Source of the DNA: an uncultured virus (IMG/VR IMGVR_UViG_3300044695_008744)
Taxonomy: Duplodnaviria; Heunggongvirae; Uroviricota; Caudoviricetes
IMG/VR virus record: IMGVR_UViG_3300044695_008744
DNA length: 64,000 nt
Strand: one strand, 5' to 3'
Shown: piece by piece, positions 24,566-34,505 of the stretch
How the letters are laid out: each line of letters opens with the position of its first letter
Position numbering within the stretch: the stretch's first letter is position 1
Notes under the pieces: generated by a model
The model's database searches: none
Told to the model about the DNA's origin: nothing
What the model saw: the letters and a program-made list of their open reading frames with translations, nothing else
Position numbers and translations under genes: made by a program

Positions 24566-26614
24566 TTAAGAAGCTCCACCTTTCCATATTTGTCTGAACA
24601 TTCTTGATCTTCCACCAGGGAAAGCGTATTCTGGCACTGTGACGGTACCCATAACAGGTCGCACAGCAATTGGAAGTTTTTTGAGAAGCTCGTTGAATTC
24701 TTCTTGATACATTTTTGCCGTGTCTTTAATACTCGCCACTGCATCAAATGATCCAGACTCAGGATCCATTACTAACAATCTTCGCTCTCTTTGATTAAGC
24801 CCCACAACAAGTTGCCGTAGCAAATAATATGTGGCACCAGATACCAATGTTGCATCATAATAAAAAGGCACTGTTGCAACATTGTATATTTTATTTAAAC
24901 CTGGTTGAGCATTAATAGCTTGAAGAGCTAAATACAATGCGTTGTTTATTTGAGTGTTGGTAAACATTCTTACATAATAAGTGACAAGCAGCGTATCATA
25001 TTCTTGAATACTAACTGGGTCGCCATTAATATCAAAGAAATAAAATTTCCCTTCATTGGTAAATCTATAAAATAATCCATTTGGATAGTTATTTGTTAGT
25101 GTTGAGGGATTGTCAAATGGATCACTCAAAGATTGGTCTAAGCTATTATAAAATCCAGTGTAAGGGCTTAATACAAACATACTGGATCTTTGACCACCAT
25201 TTGTTGAACATGTAATTCTTACTTGTGGTGCAGGATCTGTAACCATATCGCCATATGCTAAAGTGGCAGAAGTTCGCTGGAAACCAAATAAAGGCTCTTC
25301 ATCGTAAACTGGTACTCTTAACAATGCGTTGAGTTCAAACAAAACGGAAGATTTCAAAAGCAATTCATCACCAATCATTGGTTGAATTGATAATGTAGAT
25401 GTAAAATCATAGTTAGTTTGTTTTATGTAATAAGTGTCTGCTGGATTACCAGAGTTATCTATAAACTCATTCAAAGGCGCAGCTACACTTGCAACAAAAT
25501 CTAGAGCAGTAGGAATATAAGTGAGCCTGTTGTTGGCATCTCCTACAATAATATTATAATCTTGATCCTCAACCACAGAATTAGGCGTGTCAAACTGTTG
25601 ATAATTCACCCCTGTAGACCCAACAGTGTTTATAATTTGCCCCTCTGTAGATGTAGAACTAGAAACAGATTCAACCGAATATCCAACGCCATTAAAACCA
25701 TAAGTAGTGGTATTAACAGTGACAGATGTTGACGCCACAACATTCACCGTGTTATTGTAAGAATCGCAAGCAACTAAAATACCAAAGTGATTGTATATTA
25801 ATGCTGACCAAACTTGATCTGATGGAGTCAATGCAAAATTCAAAGACCACTGTGAGGTTGTATTTCCAAGATTGATGTTACCATCATAAATCCATTCCGA
25901 AATATTATTATCATAATCTGCAACAGCTACTTTTGAACCATCATAATTAGATATTTTTTTAACAGCGGCATTTAGTCCATTTGAAGAATTAATTATCACA
26001 CCAGAAGAACCAGCATCTGCCACCACTGTGTTTCCGCTCATACTCACATTAGTTGCAAAAACTGAACCACTAAAGCCGCAATATAATCTATCTTTATAAA
26101 AACTAAAATCCAGATCTTGATAAAATGATGTGCTTGCACCAACAAACACAGAATATTCAATAGTGTTGTGTTTAGTGAATGTAGAGTTCGCAAAAGTGAA
26201 CACTGTCAAGTTGGACGCAAACCCAACCATTATCACTTCGCTTGTTCCAATTGTTCCAACTTTCAAATTAACAGGAGTGGCTGATCCTAAGTAACTATTG
26301 CTTGCAAAAGCTTGCGTGGTGAATGTATTGCCCACCTTTTTATAAGCAATTAACCCTGATTGATTCAAGCAATAAATGTATGTTGTGCCTGATCCTAAAG
26401 CAATTGGCAAACCCAGATTTTGTGTAGAGTTGTTAGTGTATGTAGAAACAATGAGAGGAAATCTATAGTCATTGTTAGCTACACCTTTGAAAATTAAAGA
26501 TTGGGTAGATGGGAAGTTTGTGTCAGGATCCCAAGACACATATACTCCTGGGTTACCATGACTATTATTGTATTGTCCTATTAAACCTTGTTGAAATGGC
26601 ACTGCACTAGGCAT
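24566..26614 (-). CDS. virion protein: beta-propeller/NHL-like N-terminal part, head-tail adaptor-like helical C-terminus
   Basis: FDTPNSV...IIVGDANNR repeat; C-terminal FTNTQINNALYLALQAINAQP...LVSGATYYLL. Confidence 0.5.
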   Translation of the reverse strand: MPSAVPFQQGLIGQYNNSHGNPGVYVSWDPDTNFPSTQSLIFKGVANNDYRFPLIVSTYTNNSTQNLGLPIALGSGTTYIYCLNQSGLIAYKKVGNTFTTQAFASNSYLGSATPVNLKVGTIGTSEVIMVGFASNLTVFTFANSTFTKHNTIEYSVFVGASTSFYQDLDFSFYKDRLYCGFSGSVFATNVSMSGNTVVADAGSSGVIINSSNGLNAAVKKISNYDGSKVAVADYDNNISEWIYDGNINLGNTTSQWSLNFALTPSDQVWSALIYNHFGILVACDSYNNTVNVVASTSVTVNTTTYGFNGVGYSVESVSSSTSTEGQIINTVGSTGVNYQQFDTPNSVVEDQDYNIIVGDANNRLTYIPTALDFVASVAAPLNEFIDNSGNPADTYYIKQTNYDFTSTLSIQPMIGDELLLKSSVLFELNALLRVPVYDEEPLFGFQRTSATLAYGDMVTDPAPQVRITCSTNGGQRSSMFVLSPYTGFYNSLDQSLSDPFDNPSTLTNNYPNGLFYRFTNEGKFYFFDINGDPVSIQEYDTLLVTYYVRMFTNTQINNALYLALQAINAQPGLNKIYNVATVPFYYDATLVSGATYYLLRQLVVGLNQRERRLLVMDPESGSFDAVASIKDTAKMYQEEFNELLKKLPIAVRPVMGTVTVPEYAFPGGRSRMFRQIWKGGAS

Positions 26615-26652
26615 AATATATTTTTATGGAAAAAACACATTATGCCTTTAAT

Positions 26653-27468
26653 TTATTCTTCAGAATCTAGCACAATAGCTTCTGCAAAATCTTCGTCAGA
26701 TTCATCGATGCCCATGTCGTAGTTATTTGACTCAACAATATCATCGTAACCAACTACATCTCTCAATAAATCAGCTTTCATAGCTACCTCTTCGCTGTCT
26801 ATTCCAGAATCAATTCTTGCATCTCTATTAAGGTTGGTCATTTTAGCTTGAACCACTCCAACAGAATTTGAAGTATCATTCGAAGGAACAGCATAATAAA
26901 CATTGTGATTTTTTTCTGTGGCGGCAGTTTTAGTTCTAGAAAGAAGCTTTGGTACAATACCTGGATCATTTTCTACAATTTCTGCAAATTCCTCAGCAGT
27001 CAAAACTTCTCCTCTTTCATCAGAAAGTCTACTTGCAATTTCATAAGCAGTGACATAAGACATAGGGTGGCTTGCTGAACCTGAGATGTCTAATTCTGAA
27101 TTTTTTCTTTTTCCTTTTTCAAGGTCAATAGTATCAACATCAAATTCTTTATCATCAGTTTTTAATTTATTAAGCTTTGTCTTATTTTGTTGCTCTCTCA
27201 AAAGTTGTTTTTTTTCCTTTTGATATTGCATTTCCATAGTCTTTTCATATTCTTCTGGGGAAAGTTTTCTTAAAATACCATTTCTAATTGAATCTTTTAA
27301 GTTTCTTGATCTTCTAATTACATTTTCGTCTTCCCATGTAAGATCTTTCACTTCTGTAGGGGCAAACAATAAGCCGATATCGCTCACTGAATGCCAACCC
27401 AAAGTAATATTTTGGACAATGAATGTTTCTCTTTCTGTGCTAGAGTTTGTCATAATAATCTTATACAT
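26653..27468 (-). CDS. hypothetical phage protein
   Basis: 271 aa, acidic C-terminus, coupled to the upstream zinc-ribbon gene. Confidence 0.6.
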   Translation of the reverse strand: MYKIIMTNSSTERETFIVQNITLGWHSVSDIGLLFAPTEVKDLTWEDENVIRRSRNLKDSIRNGILRKLSPEEYEKTMEMQYQKEKKQLLREQQNKTKLNKLKTDDKEFDVDTIDLEKGKRKNSELDISGSASHPMSYVTAYEIASRLSDERGEVLTAEEFAEIVENDPGIVPKLLSRTKTAATEKNHNVYYAVPSNDTSNSVGVVQAKMTNLNRDARIDSGIDSEEVAMKADLLRDVVGYDDIVESNNYDMGIDESDEDFAEAIVLDSEE

Positions 27469-27797
27469 TAAAAATCAGAAAGTTTTTTGTCACCATTTTT
27501 AAATTCATTGCCTAACCAATATTCATTTGACACAGATTCTCTGGAATCAGGTGGCGCATCTTTTTTTCTTTTAAGTGTTTCATCTTTCATCCATTTTCCT
27601 GAATCAATTCTTTTTTCTGTTGCGCCAAGTTTTTTTTGGTTTGCGGTTCGTCCTTCCTTAGTAGCAAAAGAATCAAAAATTCTTTTCATTGTACCTTCCC
27701 CACAAGGACATTCCATTTCTGCTTTATAATCATTTATAGTAAGGTGAATTTCATGAATCGAATTATTACAAGTGCATCTGAATCTGAAAAGCGGCAT
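27468..27797 (-). CDS. FmdB-family zinc-ribbon protein (start revised to MPLFRFRC)
   Basis: MPLFRFRCTC...ECPCGEGTMKRIF matches the MPxYxYxC...CPxCG...xR pattern. Confidence 0.7.
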   Translation of the reverse strand: MPLFRFRCTCNNSIHEIHLTINDYKAEMECPCGEGTMKRIFDSFATKEGRTANQKKLGATEKRIDSGKWMKDETLKRKKDAPPDSRESVSNEYWLGNEFKNGDKKLSDF

Positions 27798-27949
27798 AAA
27801 AAATTTGTACATTTTTATTGCGTGAAAGCAAGGGATCATTTCAAAACAAATATATATGAAGAGGTAGTTTTTAAAAATGGTAAAAAAGCTTTGAAGGCAG
27901 TGAATCCTTCAAATAATGTTGTGTCATATTTAATTGTTAAGGAGTTTTA

Positions 27950-28855
27950 ATGGCAGATATAGGAACAGCAGTAAAAACAGTTGGTGGTTTTTTGGGCGTT
28001 AAAGAAATATTTGACCAAATAGTTAATAATTTTTTTGGTAAAGAAAAAACAGATACTACATTGGTAAAAGATAAGTTTGAACAATCAAAATTATTCAATC
28101 AACTCGCTGAATCATTGAAATCTATAAACTTCACAGAAGCTCAATTACCACCAGAATTGCAAAATGAATCTATAGGATTTCCAGAAAGATTACAAGCATT
28201 TTTATCTAATCGTTCGATAAGATTTTTCAATAACACTAATACTTTAGAGTTTGTAAAATCAATGATTAATTTTATTTCATCTACAAAGAATTTTGTAAAC
28301 TATGATCCAAATTACGGACAAGACTTTATAAATTACATAAAAAAATCTTTAAGCGTAGGCAAAACATTAACTGAAATTGATTCAGATTTGAATGCAATGT
28401 TAGAAAAAATTATGTTTCCTTCTTATATAATTCTAAGGTTAAGGGGTGAGACAAATAGCGCAAAATTAGTTTTAATTTTGCAAAATTTTGGAAAATTAGA
28501 CCAAAATACACTCAAAGATTTTGCAAATATTGAAAAAGAATCAACTTTACTATATGGTGAACATTCTTCAGATTTTGATTTAAAAATAGAAAATGAACAA
28601 GCTTTAGAAACTTTCATGTTTTACAGAAATTTAGCAGAAAACAAAATTTATAATTTACAAGTTGATACTAACATTAGCTATATAGAAGATTTTAAAAGAA
28701 ACATTGCAAATTTATATAACTGTAAAGATGAAACATGTATTTCAAAATACATTGGATCAGCAATCAATTTTGCTAAAATAAGAGAACAGGTGGGCATTGC
28801 ACTTAATACATACAATCCTGCTGAGGCATATCAGCCAAATATAGGTAGTAAATAA
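27950..28855 (+). CDS. hypothetical protein
   Basis: 301 aa; strong SD AAGGAG upstream. Confidence 0.65.
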   Translation: MADIGTAVKTVGGFLGVKEIFDQIVNNFFGKEKTDTTLVKDKFEQSKLFNQLAESLKSINFTEAQLPPELQNESIGFPERLQAFLSNRSIRFFNNTNTLEFVKSMINFISSTKNFVNYDPNYGQDFINYIKKSLSVGKTLTEIDSDLNAMLEKIMFPSYIILRLRGETNSAKLVLILQNFGKLDQNTLKDFANIEKESTLLYGEHSSDFDLKIENEQALETFMFYRNLAENKIYNLQVDTNISYIEDFKRNIANLYNCKDETCISKYIGSAINFAKIREQVGIALNTYNPAEAYQPNIGSK

Positions 28856-28856
28856 A

Positions 28857-29717
28857 ATGAGCAAAATATTTAAAAAAATTGCACAAGGAGATTTTAATTT
28901 TAACACTCAAACAAATTCTGCTCAACAGCCATTGGTGTCTGAGTCTAATAAAGATAATGAAGCACAAATCTTGTTTGATAAATTAACAGCTCTATCAAGC
29001 AAATTGGAAAAACAAAAAGCACAAGCTTCAACTCTGAAATCTAATTATGAGTTATTTAAAACAAGCACTCCATTTGATGATTCTGAAGTGCCCTCTGCGA
29101 TTTCTCCATGTTCATCAATAATAAAATTTAATAAATTTATTTCAAGTGATGATTATATTCAAAAAAATACTGAATATATATCTGGGCTGCAAGAATTATT
29201 AAATATATTGAAAGTAATTTTAACTGAAGCCAGTACATTAAAAACAAGTTATGATTCAGCTATTTCAGCAGCTGGAATTAAAACAAGTGAGTTTGAAAAG
29301 GCTAATCCTGAAACTTTGATTCAATCAATCAAAAATGAAGAAACAAAAACACAAACAGAAGTAATAATTGCAAACAAAACTTTAAAAATGTTTCAAATTA
29401 CATTACCTTTCAAACAAAGATATGTAAAAGTATTAGCTCGTTTATGCAGAGCGCAAAACATAAAGAAAAAACATGATGCTTTAAACTTAAAGTACGTGAG
29501 TGATCTTAGGAACTTAAAACTAGGCTATGATGACGCTATAAAAATCATAAAACAATGGCAGGCAGCTTTTCTTTCACAAGTGCCAAAACAAAAAATCACT
29601 TCTAAAGAGCAAGCAGAACTAATGTCAGAAAGTTTTGTTCAAGCTATATTAGAAATAGAAACAGAAAAAAGAAAACTTGTTTTTGAAAGATTTAAATCTA
29701 CATTTGGAAGAAAATGA
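28857..29717 (+). CDS. helical hypothetical protein, possible head-associated protein
   Basis: 286 aa; N-terminus MSKIFKKIAQ. Confidence 0.6.
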   Translation: MSKIFKKIAQGDFNFNTQTNSAQQPLVSESNKDNEAQILFDKLTALSSKLEKQKAQASTLKSNYELFKTSTPFDDSEVPSAISPCSSIIKFNKFISSDDYIQKNTEYISGLQELLNILKVILTEASTLKTSYDSAISAAGIKTSEFEKANPETLIQSIKNEETKTQTEVIIANKTLKMFQITLPFKQRYVKVLARLCRAQNIKKKHDALNLKYVSDLRNLKLGYDDAIKIIKQWQAAFLSQVPKQKITSKEQAELMSESFVQAILEIETEKRKLVFERFKSTFGRK

Positions 29718-30229
29718 CACAATCTGAAGCCTTCTTAGAATTTGAAGATTTGGGTATAAATGATTATATTTTTGAATCAGATAATATTTACTGTGAAAAG
29801 CATATGCCTGATTTTAAATATACTGCAGGCGATTTAATAAAGATTAAAAAACCAACAACACAATCTTACAAAAAAATTTACAAAGATGTTGATTATTATA
29901 TTGCAAAACAAGAAAAAGTGGTCAAAGAAATAAAATTCACCGAACCTAAAGAAGAAAAAATTGAAAAAATATCAAACGATGTAAATGAAAAAATAAATAA
30001 CATCACAAATCACATAAATAAGCAGTTAGACAAATCTAACAAAATGAACGAAGAACAAATTAAAGAGCTCGAAAAAAATATTGGTAGTTTGTCACAAAGT
30101 AAATATATTTCTGATTTTGATTTAAAAAAATTAGAAAATAGAATTATTGATTCAACACAGGACATAGTGGATGATTTACAAGAAAAGATAAGTAAACAAA
30201 CAAAATTTATTGAAAATTTTTTGAAATGA
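29714..30229 (+). CDS. coiled-coil hypothetical protein
   Basis: 171 aa, ATGA overlap with the upstream gene. Confidence 0.6.
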   Translation: MTQSEAFLEFEDLGINDYIFESDNIYCEKHMPDFKYTAGDLIKIKKPTTQSYKKIYKDVDYYIAKQEKVVKEIKFTEPKEEKIEKISNDVNEKINNITNHINKQLDKSNKMNEEQIKELEKNIGSLSQSKYISDFDLKKLENRIIDSTQDIVDDLQEKISKQTKFIENFLK

Positions 30230-30233
30230 AACT

Positions 30234-33200
30234 ATGCCAGATCAATATGTAAATCCTACTGTCAAACCATGCACAGGAAGTTATACTTGGGTTCCTTCTG
30301 TTCCGCCAAACATTGGTGGAATAAATCCATTAATTGGATTCAAAAATTTAATTATCGATAAAGGATCATTTCGCAATTATTTTGTATCACCAAAAACAAA
30401 TCCTGATGCAAATGCGCCTGTAATTTTATTGGGAAAAAATACTAACACTGGAAATAGATATTCGCCAATTATAAATGCCACAAGACCACTAGATTTAAAC
30501 AATAGAGTGCTTGTGGCTAATGACGATAATGTAGTGTGCAACTACACCTCTGATAAAAATCTGATTGAGTTTGAGTTTTCTGCAAGTGAATCCGTAAAAC
30601 CATTATCTTGTATTCAAATTACTTATGATCTTTCAGCATTTGATCCAAACATCAAGGCAGATGATTCTATTATTGAAATTTATGGAGTAGATTCCGCTGG
30701 AAAAGAGACAAAAATCACTGACAAAATTTATCTCACAAGGCAAAGAGATTCGGAAACCGAAATCAATCTGGAATATGCTCAACAGTTGGATGATACTAAT
30801 GTAAAATTTACCACAAAATATTTCAAAACAGCTAGTGAAATTTTAAATAGAGATAACTTCCCGAAGTTTAAAAAAATAATTTTTAGGGCTGTTTCAACAT
30901 ACAAAGATTCTTTTATTATTTTTGTATTGAAAAAAATAATGTTTTTCACTGCAGATCGTGTGAATTTTAGATATGATTTAGATGAGAAGCAATTACCATG
31001 TAATGCAATTGGCTATTCAATGTTTGTGAATGGTAGTTTTTATCCTGAGATTGGATATCAAAGTGTTACAGGCGTAATTGGTGGAACAATTGGTGCTACA
31101 GGATCTCCTACAGTTTCAAAAGGAGCTGAATCTTGGCCGCCAGGTAATAGATTTACCTCTAATATACATGTAAAATTATTTAACCCAGAGTTTAGAACAA
31201 ATTCTCCAGGATTTGCACATTCGTTAAATCTTCATTTATTAATTGTATCTTTTCCTGCTTTTGGAGAATTTGGTAATTCAGTGCTACCAGGAGTTTTACA
31301 TCCTTATTTTGCTGTCATTGTAGGACCAACCCCTTTCACGCAGCAGATGATTTTTTATGGAAATTCAGTGGTTCAGGTTGGAAAAAAAACTTTAGCTGTA
31401 ATTCCTTCTGCCACCTACAAGGGTATCACTGGTCAAATTGAAGTGAGTCGTATTCCTGGGAGTAAAAAAATACTCACTTATGAAAAGGGTGCAAATTTTG
31501 TTTTCAAAAATCAATTTTACTATGAAAGTTTGGGAATAACAACAGCAGAAATTTTTACAAATAGTTATTTGGATGAGCTGGGAATTCCATCTAATTCAGA
31601 GGCATACAATGGTTCACTACCTAGAGGGTCATCTACTCTACAGGCGCAGGAAGCAACTGTTGCTTTAAGAAATGTTAAACCTTATACTTTTTCATACACA
31701 ACATATCTTACTAACAAGCCAAATTTGTATGAAATTTTTACTAAAAGTGAACCTTGTTTAATTTTTAAATGTTCAAATTCAGCTGGATTTACTGCAAGTA
31801 CGTTTCAGCAACCTGGGTTTTTTAGCGCGGCTATAAAAGGTAGAGTTCTTGATACGCCAGGTTTGTTTGATACAAAGCTTATATTTAGAGTATTTACTGA
31901 AAGAAAAAGCGCGGAAAAAGTAGATTTTACATCCCCTTATCTATTAAATCACAGTTTCAAAATTATAGATTCTGGCACACAGGATTCAAAATTGATTCTT
32001 GATCAATTTAATTCTTCATGGGATTTTACAAATGTTTTGGTTTCTGGTAATTTATCTGCAAATGAGCAAAGAATTGAAGTGTCGCAAATTATTAACCCAT
32101 CTGAGCAAGATTTAAAAAATTTCGTTATAGATCAAAATCCAGAATATGACATTTATTGTGCAATTTATGCTTTTTCTACTCCAAATGATGTTTTTGCTAA
32201 TTATGATTTGAAAAAGTATACATCTTTGGACTTGCCATTAGTTTCATTTACAATTGCAGCAGATTTTGTTTTAACATTGCCAATTTATTATCAAAAGTCA
32301 TTTTCAAATGGAGGATTTTTAGAAGCTCAAAATGATCAAGGGGCATATGGGTCATATACACCTGATACTTCAGCGTACACAGCAGTGACTAATTTATATA
32401 ATGGGAAACCTGTTAAGGTTGATAGATTTTATAATAATGTATTAAATGAAGTAAGTGGATATTCGCAGCTTTTTACCTTAGATAGCGAAACTGAAGGGAA
32501 ATCCACTGAATTCTTTTTAGAATTTTTTAATTCAACAGTCAGTAGAGCAGATTTTTTAATATTGTTTGACGAAACATCAAGAGCTAAAATTAATTCAGGA
32601 AACTGGAAATTAGAAATAGATTTTGAAATCAATGACATTTCTTATTTGGATAATACTTTTATGAAATTTGAAATAGATTTGATTAATTCTATCACTTCAA
32701 ATTTAGTTTTAAAAATTGCTTCATCACCTTATCAAAAGATCGCACCTAAATCTATAATTGAAGATATTGAAATACCATTCTTTTTGCCTTTTTCTGAAAA
32801 TAAGATTGTGTTGAAGTTGTTTATAAAAAATAATAAAAATAATGGTTTTTTGAAAATAAATAAACTTTCACTTACTCAGCAAACATTAGAATACTTTGAT
32901 TACACAAGACGACTACCACAAACTGCTCCTTTAAATTTCTACGAAGACTTGCCAATACAACCTTCGTCCTATGTCGGGGGTTGCTCATCATTTGCTTTGT
33001 ATTTAGATTTGCCTTCTTCGGGGACAATTCTATATGATCCTAGTCCCAGTGGTTCAGGCTTGCCAATCAGTGGAGCAATTTACAGTCCGACATGGGTAGT
33101 CGAATTACCTGAACAAATGGAATTAAATTATAGAGGAAATATTAATGATAGTTTATTTCCCACAAGGGCTAGAGGTATCCAGCCTTACAAAATATTTTTC

Positions 33201-34469
33201 AGAACTGGAATTGCGAATAAAACAAGAACTGTTGACACAAAAAGACACAGACTAAGCGGATTAATTAACACAGTTTACAATTTTCCAAGCTCTTCGTCTG
33301 ACACATCAATTAAACAACTTGTTTCTGAAAGTTTTTTCAGATTTTCTTTATATCAAAATTATGTTTATACCCTTAATGCAAACACAAACTTAGTGTTATT
33401 GAATTTAGAAAACCCAATGTTATCAAAATCTTCAACTTTATTCTTAGAAGGTCAGAAAACAGTATTTGATAAAACAACAACTATTCTTACTGAAAGTCCA
33501 TTTCCTGGTTACATGAACCTACAACCAGCGCAAGGTGATACATTTTACCCAATCACAGATGATGCATACATCAAAGCTAAAATGCAACAATCACAGATTG
33601 TGGTTTTTGATTATAAAGATTTTAAAACTTTCACCTTGGGAGTCACCCCAATAGGAAATCTAATTTACTCAGAAGATCAATTTAATACTACAAATGCTTT
33701 TCCACCTTACGCTTTAATTGAAGGTGATCCTAATAATGTAAACTCTAATGCAGAATTAAATAATTTCAAGAATCTAACTAAAAACACAAACTATGTTGGT
33801 CCTGTTCAAACCACATATCCTGGCTTATTTGTCAATAAAAACGATTCTGTCATATTGTATGTATACAATCAACAAAATGGAAACAAATCAATTACAAGAA
33901 ATAATGTTACCATTTATTTTGGCACTGCAATTTATGCCAGAACATTGAATACTGCTGGTCCATCCAATCCCACCTTATTTTTTGATTTCAAAGCGTTTTT
34001 GAGCAAAGTGGATTCAAGTGTCAATAGTTGGGCAGATTTTCCTGTAATAGAGCACATCACTGTTTGCAAACATGATATATATACATTTGGAAATGAGTTT
34101 TATGTTGCGTTTGTTTGTGCTTCAAAAGTATTCATGCTTAAAGCAATTTATGATGCGTATGGTTTTTTTGTTCCCTCAGTTGCTTTTATTGCAGGCAATC
34201 TAAATAAAACAACTAACCCAAGCGAGCAAAAATTTATTGACATTCTGAACAATGCTTTCGAGCGTTCTACTATTTATAAACTCACCTACCCTAAAGGTTC
34301 TAACAATCCATATTCTAAGAATTTGGAATCTTCACAAAGAGTGGGGTTTATTGATTATGATGGAAAATATGTTGGAATACAATTTTTTGAGACAGACTTT
34401 TTAATGGAAGTGGTCTTTGAAAAATCATTTGCAATCGAAGCAGACTTTAGAAAAATAGGATCTGCTTAG
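30234..34469 (+). CDS. large virion structural protein
   Basis: 1411 aa beta-rich ORF opening the large-protein block. Confidence 0.55.
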   Translation: MPDQYVNPTVKPCTGSYTWVPSVPPNIGGINPLIGFKNLIIDKGSFRNYFVSPKTNPDANAPVILLGKNTNTGNRYSPIINATRPLDLNNRVLVANDDNVVCNYTSDKNLIEFEFSASESVKPLSCIQITYDLSAFDPNIKADDSIIEIYGVDSAGKETKITDKIYLTRQRDSETEINLEYAQQLDDTNVKFTTKYFKTASEILNRDNFPKFKKIIFRAVSTYKDSFIIFVLKKIMFFTADRVNFRYDLDEKQLPCNAIGYSMFVNGSFYPEIGYQSVTGVIGGTIGATGSPTVSKGAESWPPGNRFTSNIHVKLFNPEFRTNSPGFAHSLNLHLLIVSFPAFGEFGNSVLPGVLHPYFAVIVGPTPFTQQMIFYGNSVVQVGKKTLAVIPSATYKGITGQIEVSRIPGSKKILTYEKGANFVFKNQFYYESLGITTAEIFTNSYLDELGIPSNSEAYNGSLPRGSSTLQAQEATVALRNVKPYTFSYTTYLTNKPNLYEIFTKSEPCLIFKCSNSAGFTASTFQQPGFFSAAIKGRVLDTPGLFDTKLIFRVFTERKSAEKVDFTSPYLLNHSFKIIDSGTQDSKLILDQFNSSWDFTNVLVSGNLSANEQRIEVSQIINPSEQDLKNFVIDQNPEYDIYCAIYAFSTPNDVFANYDLKKYTSLDLPLVSFTIAADFVLTLPIYYQKSFSNGGFLEAQNDQGAYGSYTPDTSAYTAVTNLYNGKPVKVDRFYNNVLNEVSGYSQLFTLDSETEGKSTEFFLEFFNSTVSRADFLILFDETSRAKINSGNWKLEIDFEINDISYLDNTFMKFEIDLINSITSNLVLKIASSPYQKIAPKSIIEDIEIPFFLPFSENKIVLKLFIKNNKNNGFLKINKLSLTQQTLEYFDYTRRLPQTAPLNFYEDLPIQPSSYVGGCSSFALYLDLPSSGTILYDPSPSGSGLPISGAIYSPTWVVELPEQMELNYRGNINDSLFPTRARGIQPYKIFFRTGIANKTRTVDTKRHRLSGLINTVYNFPSSSSDTSIKQLVSESFFRFSLYQNYVYTLNANTNLVLLNLENPMLSKSSTLFLEGQKTVFDKTTTILTESPFPGYMNLQPAQGDTFYPITDDAYIKAKMQQSQIVVFDYKDFKTFTLGVTPIGNLIYSEDQFNTTNAFPPYALIEGDPNNVNSNAELNNFKNLTKNTNYVGPVQTTYPGLFVNKNDSVILYVYNQQNGNKSITRNNVTIYFGTAIYARTLNTAGPSNPTLFFDFKAFLSKVDSSVNSWADFPVIEHITVCKHDIYTFGNEFYVAFVCASKVFMLKAIYDAYGFFVPSVAFIAGNLNKTTNPSEQKFIDILNNAFERSTIYKLTYPKGSNNPYSKNLESSQRVGFIDYDGKYVGIQFFETDFLMEVVFEKSFAIEADFRKIGSA

Positions 34470-34505
34470 GTGAGGACACAACAAGTGTATAAAATAATAA
34501 AGTAA

